Part shown: piece after piece, positions 19,092-28,833 of the stretch
Layout: every line of letters starts with the position of its first letter
Position numbering within the stretch: position 1 is the first letter of the stretch
Notes under the pieces: model-generated
Told to the model about the DNA's origin: nothing
The model's database searches: none
The model's input: the letters and a program-made list of their open reading frames with translations, nothing else
Program-made: the position numbers and the translations under genes
Source: a virus
Lineage: Duplodnaviria; Heunggongvirae; Uroviricota; Caudoviricetes
Reading direction: 5' to 3' (one strand)
Length of the DNA: 64,000 nucleotides
IMG/VR virus record: IMGVR_UViG_3300021399_000107
Location: 93,173-157,172 of that record

Positions 19092-19359
19092 AAAATGCTT
19101 GAACCTCTTCTCGAGTATCTAAATGCAACCGTCTTACGGGAACAGGCGCAACTCGATCTTCATCCGGAGGAAAATTATAGATATAAACTTTATGCGTTTC
19201 GTTGTTTTGTTCGGCTAACGGTGTTCCAGTAATTTTGTGCCGAATAATTTTGCCTACTTCCGTAGGCTCAACTTTATACGTTCCTCTTTTAAGTGTACGT
19301 ATAAAATTGGTATAATCGCTAGCTGTTACTTCATAAAGTTCTTGTTGATTAAATTCCAT
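19030..19359 (-). CDS. hypothetical protein
   Basis: 109-aa ORF. Confidence 0.35.
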   Translation of the reverse strand: MEFNQQELYEVTASDYTNFIRTLKRGTYKVEPTEVGKIIRHKITGTPLAEQNNETHKVYIYNFPPDEDRVAPVPVRRLHLDTREEVQAFFDALGKMYKEGQKHHDGTVS

Positions 19360-19861
19360 GCTGCGTTCCTCGCCAATTTACTTTTCTTTTTTCTGCTTCA
19401 TTCTGAGCAAGTTCATCTGCTCTGATATTCCAGTAGCAGTCTTTATGCCCAGGCACCTTACTGAAAGTATACCAATAATTATCAAAGAAAGGAATAATTT
19501 TTTGCCACAGATCTACGTTAGCTACGTCTTTTCCTGAACTGGTATGCCAGCCATTTTCTAACCATTGTACATACCATTCTTGATCAAAACAGTTTATAGC
19601 GTAAGCAGAATCAGAATAGATACAAACACGTTCAACGTGTCGCCGCACCGATTGCGCGTACTCAAGAGCGTTAGCAATAGCAGTAAGTTCCATGCGCTGA
19701 TTTGTCGTCATGTCTTCTGCGCCAAAAGCTTGATACAAACATTCGCTATCGTGTACAACGACAAAAGCCCAACCACCAAAGGTAATGGTGCCCAATTTTT
19801 TGCAGGAGCCATCGGTGTAAATCTCTAGCTTCGGCACGCGCTCTTTACTATGACGTTCCAA
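19349..19861 (-). CDS. rnhA: ribonuclease H (RNase HI family)
   Basis: EIYTDGSC...MELTAI...IYSDSAYAIN...HKDCYWNIRADELA match the RNase HI catalytic D-E-D-D motifs. TTG start with a GGGAGGA ribosome-binding site. Confidence 0.8.
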   Translation of the reverse strand: MERHSKERVPKLEIYTDGSCKKLGTITFGGWAFVVVHDSECLYQAFGAEDMTTNQRMELTAIANALEYAQSVRRHVERVCIYSDSAYAINCFDQEWYVQWLENGWHTSSGKDVANVDLWQKIIPFFDNYWYTFSKVPGHKDCYWNIRADELAQNEAEKRKVNWRGTQHGI

Positions 19862-19890
19862 AATTATTCCTCCCTTTTCTCGTTTCTTCT

Positions 19891-19919
19891 ATTATAATAT
19901 GAAAAGCTAAAAAAGTCAA
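19891..19919 (-). promoter_or_regulatory. consensus promoter TTGACT-17-TATAAT
   Basis: ATTATA-N17-AGTCAA on the plus strand. Confidence 0.55.
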
Positions 19920-20293
19920 GTGTTATTGGAGTCGCCACGTAGAATTGAATAAAATTTACGTAGCGCATCATTAAGGTAGGTTGCGATGGAAGATATTAGT
20001 ACGCCCGCAATAGCGACAATACTTATGTCTTCAAATAGGTTATCTGGCGCACTAATACCGAATTGCTTGAGAATTTCTGGTAGCAATGATACCACAACGG
20101 TAATGAGAACGCCACCTACCAAAATGATACCGCCGCGCGCTAACCCATTTAGAAGCTTTTCCTTTGAAAACTCTTCTTTAATTTGCTTAACATTGTAATA
20201 GATTCCTAGAAGGGTATTGATTCCAAGAGAAATCAGATAGGCCGCAAGAAGGATAATGATAAGTTGTAAATTGTTGATAAGAATATTAAACAT
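19916..20293 (-). CDS. small integral membrane protein (3 TM, holin-like topology)
   Basis: 125 aa of hydrophobic segments with a charged C-terminus. Confidence 0.35.
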   Translation of the reverse strand: MFNILINNLQLIIILLAAYLISLGINTLLGIYYNVKQIKEEFSKEKLLNGLARGGIILVGGVLITVVVSLLPEILKQFGISAPDNLFEDISIVAIAGVLISSIATYLNDALRKFYSILRGDSNNT

Positions 20294-20738
20294 TCTTTTT
20301 TACCTCCATTTCCTCTGGACTTTCTGGGAGCGCCATAATTTCATCATAATAGTGCTGCCCTTGTCCATTGCCATTTAATTCTTCATGATAGACATGCCAA
20401 ATAGATTCCACTTCTTTTTTTTCCTGCATTGATGCCCATCCTCGATTAACAAGAATGACGCGCCAGTTATGCAGAGTATCAAAGAGTTCCATCTTTGTAC
20501 CGCGCTTAATAGTTTCTAGCTGGGCGGTTATTTGGTCAATGTCTGCATGTGTTTGATCAAGATTCGTATGTAAATCTTTGATAGAGGAAGAAAGCGTATT
20601 CATGGTCGCGCCAATGTTGGATAATTTAGTGGAATTTTCATTAGTTGTCAATAAAAATTTTTCTAAATCATCATTACGTTTTTTCCATTTATAATAGGTA
20701 TTAGGGATTTTTTTCAAAAAATCGGTCAACTTGCTCAT
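20286..20738 (-). CDS. coiled-coil protein
   Basis: 150-aa ORF. Confidence 0.35.
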   Translation of the reverse strand: MSKLTDFLKKIPNTYYKWKKRNDDLEKFLLTTNENSTKLSNIGATMNTLSSSIKDLHTNLDQTHADIDQITAQLETIKRGTKMELFDTLHNWRVILVNRGWASMQEKKEVESIWHVYHEELNGNGQGQHYYDEIMALPESPEEMEVKKNV

Positions 20739-20804
20739 CTTTACTCTCCCTCCCGCGCAAGTTTTTCCTCTAGGGATAAGTAATAGAAAAAGCCGCTCGC
20801 CAGT

Positions 20805-21131
20805 TTAAAATTGGCGAACGGCATAATCAATTCGACTATCCAATTCTCGCGCGAAAGTTTCTGCTTTCTTTTTATCTGTCCAAAACATAGTAATATGTTT
20901 ACGAATATATTTATGAGGTTGGAAGGATGCACCATAATGCGCGCCTACGTAGTGATAAAAATCGCGCGGAAGGAGTCCAAAAACACGAAACATGACGTTC
21001 CAATAACTATTATGACCTTTATAAAGAGGCATAAAGATGTCATAAAAAGCATTGGTATAGCGTAGTTCGTAATTGCCGTCAAAATTCTGTTCAATCTTAA
21101 TGTACTTCATCTGCCGAACTCCTTCCACCAT
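20805..21131 (-). CDS. hypothetical protein
   Basis: 108-aa ORF. Confidence 0.35.
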   Translation of the reverse strand: MVEGVRQMKYIKIEQNFDGNYELRYTNAFYDIFMPLYKGHNSYWNVMFRVFGLLPRDFYHYVGAHYGASFQPHKYIRKHITMFWTDKKKAETFARELDSRIDYAVRQF

Positions 21132-21388
21132 TCAACAAAACTTTCTTCTTCTTGCGGCGTAAGCTCTGAGAAGTTTTTGACAGCCAGAATGTCGATGAAA
21201 CGAATTGCTGGCGGCTCAATTACGTCAGTATAGCGTGGGGCCGCAACGATGGTATTTGCTTGCTTTACGTAGCGTGAAACAGTTGCGGCAGAAACGCTCA
21301 TTTGCTTGGCTACTGCTGAATATGTACCAAGTTGCTCATAAAGCTGAACCATTTGCTGAATTTGTTCTTGGGTAATTCTTGCGGCCAA
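21107..21388 (-). CDS. HTH DNA-binding protein (sigma region-4-like)
   Basis: TYSAVAKQMSVSAATVSRYVKQ is a helix-turn-helix. Confidence 0.4.
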   Translation of the reverse strand: MAARITQEQIQQMVQLYEQLGTYSAVAKQMSVSAATVSRYVKQANTIVAAPRYTDVIEPPAIRFIDILAVKNFSELTPQEEESFVEWWKEFGR

Positions 21389-21420
21389 ATTTTATCGCTT
21401 CCTTTCGCTTTTCTACATAT

Positions 21421-21449
21421 ATTATAAATGATTTTAGGAAAAAAGTCAA
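21421..21449 (-). promoter_or_regulatory. consensus promoter TTGACT-17-TATAAT
   Basis: ATTATA-N17-AGTCAA on the plus strand. Confidence 0.55.
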
Positions 21450-24346
21450 GAAAGAGGATTCTGCAATTTTGCTTCTAGGTTTCTAAATATGTCTAACATA
21501 TTACCTAAAAATACAAATTTCATCGTAACTTTTTGCTGTGCCAATTCAGAATAGTATTCCCACCGTTGCTGTTTTGTGAGTCCATCTCTTCCTATTCCTT
21601 GTTTTTGTTCTTTAGGATCATCAGACCAAGCAGCCCCTGAGCGATCATATTGGATGTCATTATGTACAATGATATTGTTTGTAGAAATCATATCATTAAA
21701 GGTATTTATTGTTTTTAAAAATGCGTTTTCTACAGATTGCAGAATTGTAGACAATATATATGATTGTGGAATAAATAGTTCATTCACAAAATAAAAATGA
21801 GCTACACTCGGTGCGATTTTTGTTCCTGATAAACTTGTGCCTTCAAATAGGGCTTCTTGAAAATTTTCAAAGACTAGTTGTGTATTGGCAAAACCCTCAT
21901 CAAACATTGTCATAGCTGCGGCTCCTAGCAAAAAAGTTTTTACTTTATTTATTAAATCTGGATACTTTCGTCCAGCAATCATAGCATCACCTGAGTTTAA
22001 TAAAACATCAATTAATAACTGTTGAAAATTTGCATTATGACCAGACATTAAATTCTCGCCGTGCGCATTAACAACAAAAGAATAATTGTGTTTGCCGCCT
22101 GCCGCAATATAGTTATTTAAAATATTTGGGACAGCTTCTATTACACGACCTTCACCACCAAGTGAGCCTCCTTCATATCCAATTTCATTATAGTAAACAT
22201 TGTATTCTTTAACGCTAGCTTCGACAGTAAGCAAATTATTAATATAGTCTAAAATTTCTTGTAATATTTTATTTTGTTCCGCTTGATCAGCTGTTGTTTT
22301 ATCAATTTCTTTAATTATTGTGTTGATAGCTGTTGCCGCATTAGATTGTTTGGTTATATAAGTGGTAAAATTTTCCCCAACGCTTCTCTGAGATGTGGAT
22401 GTTCTTGCTACGTCTTTAATAAAATCAAGCCATAAATTATCAATAGATTTAAGAGCGCTTATTATAAAAGCATCGCTAATGGGCGATTTTCCTTTTTGCG
22501 ATTTTGGTGGATACTTTTTGAAAAAAGCTTGCACTTGTTTTATAACATTTGCGCTATCATTGAAGGAATAAATAGCGTCTACTTTGGGATTTTTATCGCC
22601 CGGGTAAAACGCGTGCTCGAGAGCAGACATTTGTCCATTTTGTGATAAAATATCGCCAACTTTTTGCATACCTTGCAAAACCATAGTCTCTGCTACCTGA
22701 TTTGGTTTTTGTTCAACAGCAATTTTTATATTCGCATGAATATAATCAACTATGAGTTTATTAACAAAATCTGTTAAAGCTTGTTGTGAAATTTGAGGCA
22801 AGCGACCTGAGTAATATTGCAAGATGTCGCTTTCACTTTTATCCCACAGATCATTAAACTGGTTTTGCAAAGTCTGTTTTGTTTGTTGTAAATAACCCTC
22901 AATTAATACTTTTAAAGTGTTTGTTATAGTGGATTTATAACCAGACCGTTTCTTATTTTCGGTTGCTTTTTTATTGTATATATTTTCAGGAGCATTTAAA
23001 TAGTTAGCTAACGCTTGTCTTAATCTGCCTTCTAGCATATCGCGTGATTGAGCACTGGTATTTGCTGAAAATAAATTATCAAACAAATCGTTAATAAAAT
23101 CTTGTTGTGCACCTGCTTTAAATTGTTTCCTATTAAATTGCTCAAATTGCATTACATTTTGACTAACCGTTTCTAATAATAGGTCAGCTAAATTTCTCGC
23201 AATGCGTTTTGATTGATAACTTTGATCAAAAGCTTTTTTAAATTTTTCTTTATAAATTTGTCCAATATTTTCAAAGAGATTTATGGTATCAGTGCGTCTA
23301 TTTAATGGTAATGAAATGGTTACATTATGAGTAGTAGGGTCATAAACAATAGGAGCGTGATGCGGGTCATTCTGAATTTGTTGAATTAACAAATCCCATA
23401 ATAAAGCAGAATCATGTTCATCATCGCCGTTCATAGCATTTCCAAAATATGCGCGTACAGCTGGTATAATTTTGTCATTATTAAAAATTAATCTCAATTG
23501 TTCATTGATTAGTTGAGCAATTTTTTCAATGTTCTCTGAATAAATGCTTCCTAATACATCTTGACTTCCAACTTTTTGTAATGCTTCTTCTATGGAGTCA
23601 TACATTTGACTGCGCATAAAGGTATAGAGAGTCTCGAAGTCAGTTTTAATAACGTTTCCCTCAGCATCGGTACGAGTTAAACCTGCTGCGCTAGCAGTAT
23701 CAATAACTTTTTGCTGATGTTCCATTTTTTTTCTGACGTTATACAAATCTTTTTGATACTCATTTATATCTTGGGTATAATTATTTAAGCCTAAAATTAA
23801 ATCTTCATAATCACTTTGTGAATAACCGCGAGTAGCTGGATTTTGTAAATGTTGATTTAGATTGTCTAAAGCCACCTGTAAATGTTTTAACATAGGATCA
23901 TCATCTATCTTCACTTGTTTTATTTTAGTTAAATATTCTAAAAATTTTGCCGCCCATTTTTGTTCTGCTATTCTCTCATTTATAATAAGTTTTTGTAAAA
24001 TATTTGCGTATTCTTGAAACAATACTTTAATTTGAGATTCTTGTTTATCGAAATCAGTATCTAATAGGTGTGACTTATAGTGCGTGTCTACACCTTTAAC
24101 AATAATGCCTGCATAACGTCCTAATCGAGTGTTACGAAGGTTTTGATCTTGCAACAATTGTGTGAAAAATACATAATAACGATCAAATAAACGACCTCCC
24201 CACGGATCTTCATTTTCATAATCTATACTAGTTATTTTTTTAACCACATGTTCATCTAATTGTTTTTGTTTACGTGCTGCTTTTCGTTTACCTTGTTCTG
24301 GTCGTATCTTCTTCTTTTGTTTGACAGATAATGGTTCGCCTGGCAT
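21446..24346 (-). CDS. large hypothetical protein (966 aa) with highly basic N-terminus
   Basis: Long ORF. KKKIRPEQGKRKAARKQKQ at the N-terminus. No catalytic motif recognised. Confidence 0.5.
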   Translation of the reverse strand: MPGEPLSVKQKKKIRPEQGKRKAARKQKQLDEHVVKKITSIDYENEDPWGGRLFDRYYVFFTQLLQDQNLRNTRLGRYAGIIVKGVDTHYKSHLLDTDFDKQESQIKVLFQEYANILQKLIINERIAEQKWAAKFLEYLTKIKQVKIDDDPMLKHLQVALDNLNQHLQNPATRGYSQSDYEDLILGLNNYTQDINEYQKDLYNVRKKMEHQQKVIDTASAAGLTRTDAEGNVIKTDFETLYTFMRSQMYDSIEEALQKVGSQDVLGSIYSENIEKIAQLINEQLRLIFNNDKIIPAVRAYFGNAMNGDDEHDSALLWDLLIQQIQNDPHHAPIVYDPTTHNVTISLPLNRRTDTINLFENIGQIYKEKFKKAFDQSYQSKRIARNLADLLLETVSQNVMQFEQFNRKQFKAGAQQDFINDLFDNLFSANTSAQSRDMLEGRLRQALANYLNAPENIYNKKATENKKRSGYKSTITNTLKVLIEGYLQQTKQTLQNQFNDLWDKSESDILQYYSGRLPQISQQALTDFVNKLIVDYIHANIKIAVEQKPNQVAETMVLQGMQKVGDILSQNGQMSALEHAFYPGDKNPKVDAIYSFNDSANVIKQVQAFFKKYPPKSQKGKSPISDAFIISALKSIDNLWLDFIKDVARTSTSQRSVGENFTTYITKQSNAATAINTIIKEIDKTTADQAEQNKILQEILDYINNLLTVEASVKEYNVYYNEIGYEGGSLGGEGRVIEAVPNILNNYIAAGGKHNYSFVVNAHGENLMSGHNANFQQLLIDVLLNSGDAMIAGRKYPDLINKVKTFLLGAAAMTMFDEGFANTQLVFENFQEALFEGTSLSGTKIAPSVAHFYFVNELFIPQSYILSTILQSVENAFLKTINTFNDMISTNNIIVHNDIQYDRSGAAWSDDPKEQKQGIGRDGLTKQQRWEYYSELAQQKVTMKFVFLGNMLDIFRNLEAKLQNPLS

Positions 24347-24360
24347 ATTCCCACCTCCCT

Positions 24361-24392
24361 AATAAAAAAATAAACCTGCCATATAGCAGGTT
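24361..24392 (-). terminator. rho-independent terminator
   Basis: Minus-strand hairpin AACCTGC-N6-GCAGGTT followed by TATTTTTTTATT. Confidence 0.55.
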
Positions 24393-24396
24393 AGTT

Positions 24397-24642
24397 TTAA
24401 ATTCGATATTCATCAATGCCGCTTGGGTAACGCCCATCTACGGTCTTGTTCACTAGAAAAGTATCTTCATGATGTTCAGAAATAAAGTATAGTACGCCAA
24501 GTAGTGAGCGTGCATCAACACAATATTCACGATTGGTACTTTCAAGAATATACTTATCTGTTGAGCCATCTGTGTTTAGATGCTGTACAAAATTAATCGC
24601 ATCAGAGTTGGTATCTAGCCGAATATGTGCGCGAGTATACAT
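24397..24642 (-). CDS. hypothetical protein
   Basis: 81-aa ORF. Confidence 0.35.
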   Translation of the reverse strand: MYTRAHIRLDTNSDAINFVQHLNTDGSTDKYILESTNREYCVDARSLLGVLYFISEHHEDTFLVNKTVDGRYPSGIDEYRI

Positions 24643-24657
24643 ATAATTTTGGCCTCC

Positions 24658-25119
24658 TTAAATTTCAAATTCACCAGTTTCAACCCCATGAGAACTAAGC
24701 CATTGTTGAAGAATAACGCGTTCACTACAAGGATTAGAAGGTGCTTCGTGAACTAATAGTAATAGTTGCGGCGATTCGGTAAAACCCAAATCAGTTTGGA
24801 CTTGAGCCGCAATTTGATTCATGCGAGTAATAATCTTAGGAAAGTCGAGGGATTCGAGCTGTTTACGATAAGCAATTAGAAAACTGCACTCGCCCTTGCG
24901 CGCCAAGTCAGTATTCTTTTCGCACCCTATGCAATCTTCGCATTTGGGTGCAAGAGGAGGAATACGTAACCCATTCAATACTCCTCGCTTATCTACGAAT
25001 TGATGTTGCTGTCCACAAAAATCGTGAAACCATTGTGGATCCCAAACAGCAGTAGAAAAGGCGATATGGTAGGGCCGCAAGAAGCGTACCTTGTAAAAAT
25101 AAGATGTTAAAATTTTCAT
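24658..25119 (-). CDS. hypothetical protein
   Basis: 153-aa ORF. Confidence 0.4.
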   Translation of the reverse strand: MKILTSYFYKVRFLRPYHIAFSTAVWDPQWFHDFCGQQHQFVDKRGVLNGLRIPPLAPKCEDCIGCEKNTDLARKGECSFLIAYRKQLESLDFPKIITRMNQIAAQVQTDLGFTESPQLLLLVHEAPSNPCSERVILQQWLSSHGVETGEFEI

Positions 25120-25127
25120 AAAATAAA

Positions 25128-25148
25128 AGATTCCTTACTAAATAAATG
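25128..25148. repeat. left copy of 21-bp perfect inverted repeat
   Basis: agattccttactaaataaatg is the reverse complement of 25687-25707. Confidence 0.7.
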
Positions 25149-25686
25149 TGCGCGACCTTCGTCGTACTTAATATATCCTCTAGTATTTTCAGCCAACGAG
25201 TAGTCTAGGGCTGTGCATGGGTAGCTATTCCATACATCCTAAACCAGCTTTCGCAAATCTCGTGCAAGATTGATGACTTGCAAGTTTCAGACAAATCATT
25301 CAGCAATAATAATAACAACTTATTAATTGTAAGAATCAAAGCTGCGTCTTTTGTCCTACTCCAACCGCGCACCTCACTTATATGCGATTTCTCGCTTTCA
25401 ACGACGCTAGCATCTTGTGGCTATTCCACTGTACCATTAGTTGCCACACCAATGTCTTTAGTGGATTCGGCAAGTCTCTTCAACTTGCTTTCAATTGTGA
25501 TGCCGTGAGGAACCGTGCTTTTACTTAGGGAATATACCAAGCGCCAACTCTTGACATTGGAAGTTTCTTCCTATCGCTAATACTTACGTATTTCGCGTCC
25601 GCGATTTAATAGTATCCCGTTAAATCGTATGGATGTCGTTCAAGCTGCCCAAGCAGAGTGATTAGCTCTTCTTCACTTGGCTCACC

Positions 25687-25707
25687 CATTTATTTAGTAA
25701 GGAATCT
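25687..25707. repeat. right copy of 21-bp perfect inverted repeat
   Basis: catttatttagtaaggaatct. The pair encloses a 538-bp ORF-free segment. Confidence 0.7.
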
Positions 25708-25728
25708 CTCATCCTTTCTTATGTAATA

Positions 25729-25757
25729 ATTATAACAGAATTTTTAGAAAAAGTCAA
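25729..25757 (-). promoter_or_regulatory. consensus promoter TTGACT-17-TATAAT
   Basis: ATTATA-N17-AGTCAA on the plus strand. It transcribes into the inverted-repeat-bounded ORF-free region. Confidence 0.55.
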
Positions 25758-25911
25758 ATATTGGAAGATATAGGGTTAATATTGCGTTTCATTATTTAAG
25801 CTTGACTAACTATCATGCCGTGCAACTGGGCACGATACTAAAATCCAAGCCCCTATTCTCGACATCTTCCTGCCGCCGCTAGACTTCCGTCATAGGGATA
25901 AGCAGTACCCT

Positions 25912-26062
25912 TGGTGCGCGCAGAGGAACTCGAATCCTCGACTCCATGATTAATGGTGGAGCGCCTAGGTACTACCCCTAGTTAAGATAAGCCTTGCTTC
26001 TTATCTGTGTTTTTTACACTAACGCCCCAAGTCATGTGCTCTTCCAACTGAGCTATGCGCGC
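25912..26062 (-). tRNA. tRNA-Pro(UGG)-like gene interrupted by ~75-nt insertion in anticodon loop (or disrupted pseudo-tRNA)
   Basis: On the minus strand: GCGCGCA-TA-GCTC-AGTTGGAA-GAGC-A-CATGA-CTTGGGG[75-nt insert]A-TCATG-GAGTC-GAGGA-TTCGAGT-TCCTC-TGCGCGC-A-CCA. All four arms are canonical. Only the anticodon loop is expanded. Confidence 0.4.
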
Positions 26063-26113
26063 ATATTGGTAATTTTTTACTAAGTTATTGTCATATCGGT
26101 GGTAATAAAGAAT

Positions 26114-26305
26114 TTATTTATTATTTTCTATCATACGCGAAATCTGTTTTTTAATCTCTATAATATCATCTCTCCGGACACGATCATTTGCTTCTAACGT
26201 GTCAACTCGTCTAAACAGATCATGTAGATTACTCGCTAAACTGGTAATACCTAAAGCAATAGCTAGTCCTCCAACATATGCCAGTATAGTAACTATTATC
26301 TCCAT
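26114..26305 (-). CDS. small membrane protein
   Basis: 63 aa with one TM segment. Confidence 0.3.
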   Translation of the reverse strand: MEIIVTILAYVGGLAIALGITSLASNLHDLFRRVDTLEANDRVRRDDIIEIKKQISRMIENNK

Positions 26306-26307
26306 TA

Positions 26308-26640
26308 TTAATCATCCTCGTCCATCTTAGCGCCGCAATGAGGGCAATGTTCCAGTCCGTCGTATCTCTTTCCGCTCACGTAGACATATGGCATGAATAC
26401 AATCTCGTCTTTATATCTCGCACCGCATACACTGCACATAATATTGGTTCTATCGTCAATCCACCGCCCATGTACCACTGGGGCTACATCGACAGCGGGA
26501 GCGTTTTCAATGCGGTTGTATCCAGCTAATGCCCCTATTGTATTATCTACAAATGTTTCCACGGCAGGTTTAGTGAGCTCCTTTATGAGAGCCAACTCAT
26601 TTTCTATTGGCCCATGCCAAATCTGATCGTCATTCTCCAC
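26308..26640 (-). CDS. zinc-ribbon protein
   Basis: CSVCGARY...HCPHCGAKM. Confidence 0.4.
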   Translation of the reverse strand: MENDDQIWHGPIENELALIKELTKPAVETFVDNTIGALAGYNRIENAPAVDVAPVVHGRWIDDRTNIMCSVCGARYKDEIVFMPYVYVSGKRYDGLEHCPHCGAKMDEDD

Positions 26641-26833
26641 GTCTTTCAGCCTCCTTCGGCGGCTCTGGTAACGGCATCCAATAGGTGATATTTACTCGTG
26701 TAGTTGGAGCAATCCACACCCCATCATGAAAGATTGCCGTCCCAACCACACCATAATTGATAACCAAATATTCGCATGGAATGTTGTCCGGCAATCTGTC
26801 TCTAACACTGATCCAGTCAGCCATCATCGTCAT
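26630..26833 (-). CDS. hypothetical protein
   Basis: 67-aa ORF. Confidence 0.3.
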   Translation of the reverse strand: MTMMADWISVRDRLPDNIPCEYLVINYGVVGTAIFHDGVWIAPTTRVNITYWMPLPEPPKEAERRGE

Positions 26834-27096
26834 CCTTTCCCTGGCTGAACGTCTGCCCGCATCCGCTCGTACTCTAAATAGTCAATCGCACGACATTGTT
26901 CCGTTTTACTCTCTGCACTTAAAGCATCGCGCTCGAAAAAATATCCATTACACTTAGAACAAGAATAGTCCCATGGATAGTTCATTGCTCCGTAAACACG
27001 AAACAATTTTCCGCCACACTGTGGACATTTCTTGATCAATTCCACTCTGTGACTTCTCCCTGCTCGTCTGTCGGTCTTGATGTTAAGCAGCGCCAT
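26830..27096 (-). CDS. zinc-ribbon protein
   Basis: KCPQCGGKLF...CSKCNGYF. Confidence 0.4.
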   Translation of the reverse strand: MALLNIKTDRRAGRSHRVELIKKCPQCGGKLFRVYGAMNYPWDYSCSKCNGYFFERDALSAESKTEQCRAIDYLEYERMRADVQPGKG

Positions 27097-27446
27097 GTCT
27101 TGCCGTATTGGTCTACTCGCTTCGGGAAAACGTATGTCTCTCCTTTGAAATATACATATTCATCAATTGTCGCAATATAGAACACATCTTGACATTTCGC
27201 TATTGCATTACGATCCTCATAGTAAATTGCTCGTCCACGTCCGCGCAACTCATCCAGTTCATTCAGCGTCATCACACGAGGCTCCTGGGCTTTCACCATT
27301 TCATAAGTCTCATTTATGAGATTCAATAAGCACATATGTGTTTCATCGTCGCCCTTGATATCGAACGGGCAATAGCCGCAAGTGCCCGGGTGCGTGCAGC
27401 ACTCCAGCCCTTTGATAACCTTCTCGTGATCAAATTCGCCATTCAT
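27036..27446 (-). CDS. Cys-rich hypothetical protein
   Basis: CCTHPGTCGYCPF. 136 aa. Confidence 0.4.
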   Translation of the reverse strand: MNGEFDHEKVIKGLECCTHPGTCGYCPFDIKGDDETHMCLLNLINETYEMVKAQEPRVMTLNELDELRGRGRAIYYEDRNAIAKCQDVFYIATIDEYVYFKGETYVFPKRVDQYGKTWRCLTSRPTDEQGEVTEWN

Positions 27447-28156
27447 TTCAATTGCTTTCCTGCCTGTCTTAAAAAGTCTAGAAGTTACTTTGCTTCTTTA
27501 TATACCGTTTTCCACTCAGCCACATATCATGACTGATCGACCCACTTGTCAATTACCAAGTGTTTTTAAATGCGCGGCCGGTTTCATGCCGGTGGTAGTG
27601 TACTTCTAGCAAAACTAATGTTAACGGTTCCATAACCGCACGCTTAAATGTTTTTTACTTTTAAACTACCTGTCCCTTTGCGGGCAGTGAGAGAGTTTAC
27701 TCCCATCTTTTAAGCGTCGGATAAGTCTTCTAGTGGTGCGCTTTAACTCGAGAGGCGTAGTAAGAAGAACTTTTGTTGTATTTTGCATTACCTAGCATCA
27801 CCACGTAGAGGTATACAACTTGATGCCAAGCATTTGATAACCCAGTGCCTTCTGGGGAGACAGGATAACTTTCAATACCGTACTAGTACTACATTTTGGT
27901 TCAGTGCCACATCTACTGAACCACGGTAGCTTTTCCAGTCCAACGGATTGGCGAGAACTAGGTTATCCTCCCTGTGGCACAAAACTCCCGTCATATATCC
28001 CATAAATGCCTTTCTCATTTCTTCCGCAGAAGAAGAGCTTTCACGACTTTCGTCAATCATGGCAGACGCATCCGCCGGTGTTTTACCGATCCGAAGATCG
28101 CAGTGGGCCAGTCATTTTATCATTGTTAATGGCTCGCGTCTCAACCTTACATAAAT

Positions 28157-28185
28157 ATTATATTAGGATTTCAACTAAAAGTCAA
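28157..28185 (-). promoter_or_regulatory. consensus promoter TTGACT-17-TATAAT heading an ORF-free RNA region
   Basis: ATTATA-N17-AGTCAA on the plus strand. Confidence 0.5.
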
Positions 28186-28654
28186 ATATTGCGCCAATGG
28201 ACTTTCACCATTGGGAGCAAGATTCTGATACTCGGCGCCTGAGACATCAGAAAGATTCTACATTTATCCATCCTTTTCTTGCTTTTTCATACATAATACT
28301 TTTAAGAAAATACGTAATACCACAGCAGACTCGAACTGCACCTCAGGCTGCGCGCCAGCGTGCTACCTTTTACACCATGTGCGCAATTCTGCCACTCCAT
28401 ATTTTAAGTTGTACAGGCTCATCAATATGGATTGTACACGTGGCATATTATGTATGGCTTTGTACTCACTACGCAATTTATATGTTATACCATAAAAATC
28501 AAGCTGGTGCCTTCAGCGAGATGTGCGCTCGCGATGTGATCATTAATCTGTAGTGGTTTTTGAGACCACCCCGTCTCAACTAGCTGCGGCATGAAGGCAT
28601 ATAATCACTTCTATGTCATTTTTAGCGTCGGATGAAGTAATAACAGTAGACGCA

Positions 28655-28744
28655 TGGTGGCCTATCGGAGGCTCGAACTCCGAATCCCTTATGGGCAGCA
28701 GATTTTAAGTCTGCTATGTATTCCAAAAATTCCATCAATAGGCC
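28655..28744 (-). tRNA. tRNA-Leu(UAA), class II with long variable arm
   Basis: Minus-strand fold: acceptor GGCCTAT/ATAGGCC, 3-bp D-stem with GG in the loop, anticodon stem GCAGA/TCTGC, loop CTTAAAA, variable hairpin CCC-ATAA-GGG, T-arm CGGAG-TTCGAGC-CTCCG, encoded CCA. Confidence 0.75.
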
Positions 28745-28833
28745 GAGAAATAATGGCTGATGCTATCTTGCCCGCACGGGATAGCTTTACTATATTTCTA
28801 AAAGCGGGAATATATTGGTCGTCAGCCCCGACC

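Noticed and set aside
25278-25508. 76-aa plus-strand ORF with an Asn run
   Set aside because: It is the only plus-strand candidate in 64 kb, has no ribosome-binding site, and lies inside the inverted-repeat-bounded RNA region.
25912-26062. Group I intron in the tRNA-Pro-like gene
   Set aside because: The insert is only about 75 nt and lacks P/Q/R/S elements, so it is too small for a group I ribozyme. It is reported instead as an unexplained anticodon-loop insertion.
27872-28060. 62-aa ORF in the RNA island as a protein gene
   Set aside because: It has no ribosome-binding site and sits in a region dominated by RNA-gene signals. It is kept only as a remote possibility.
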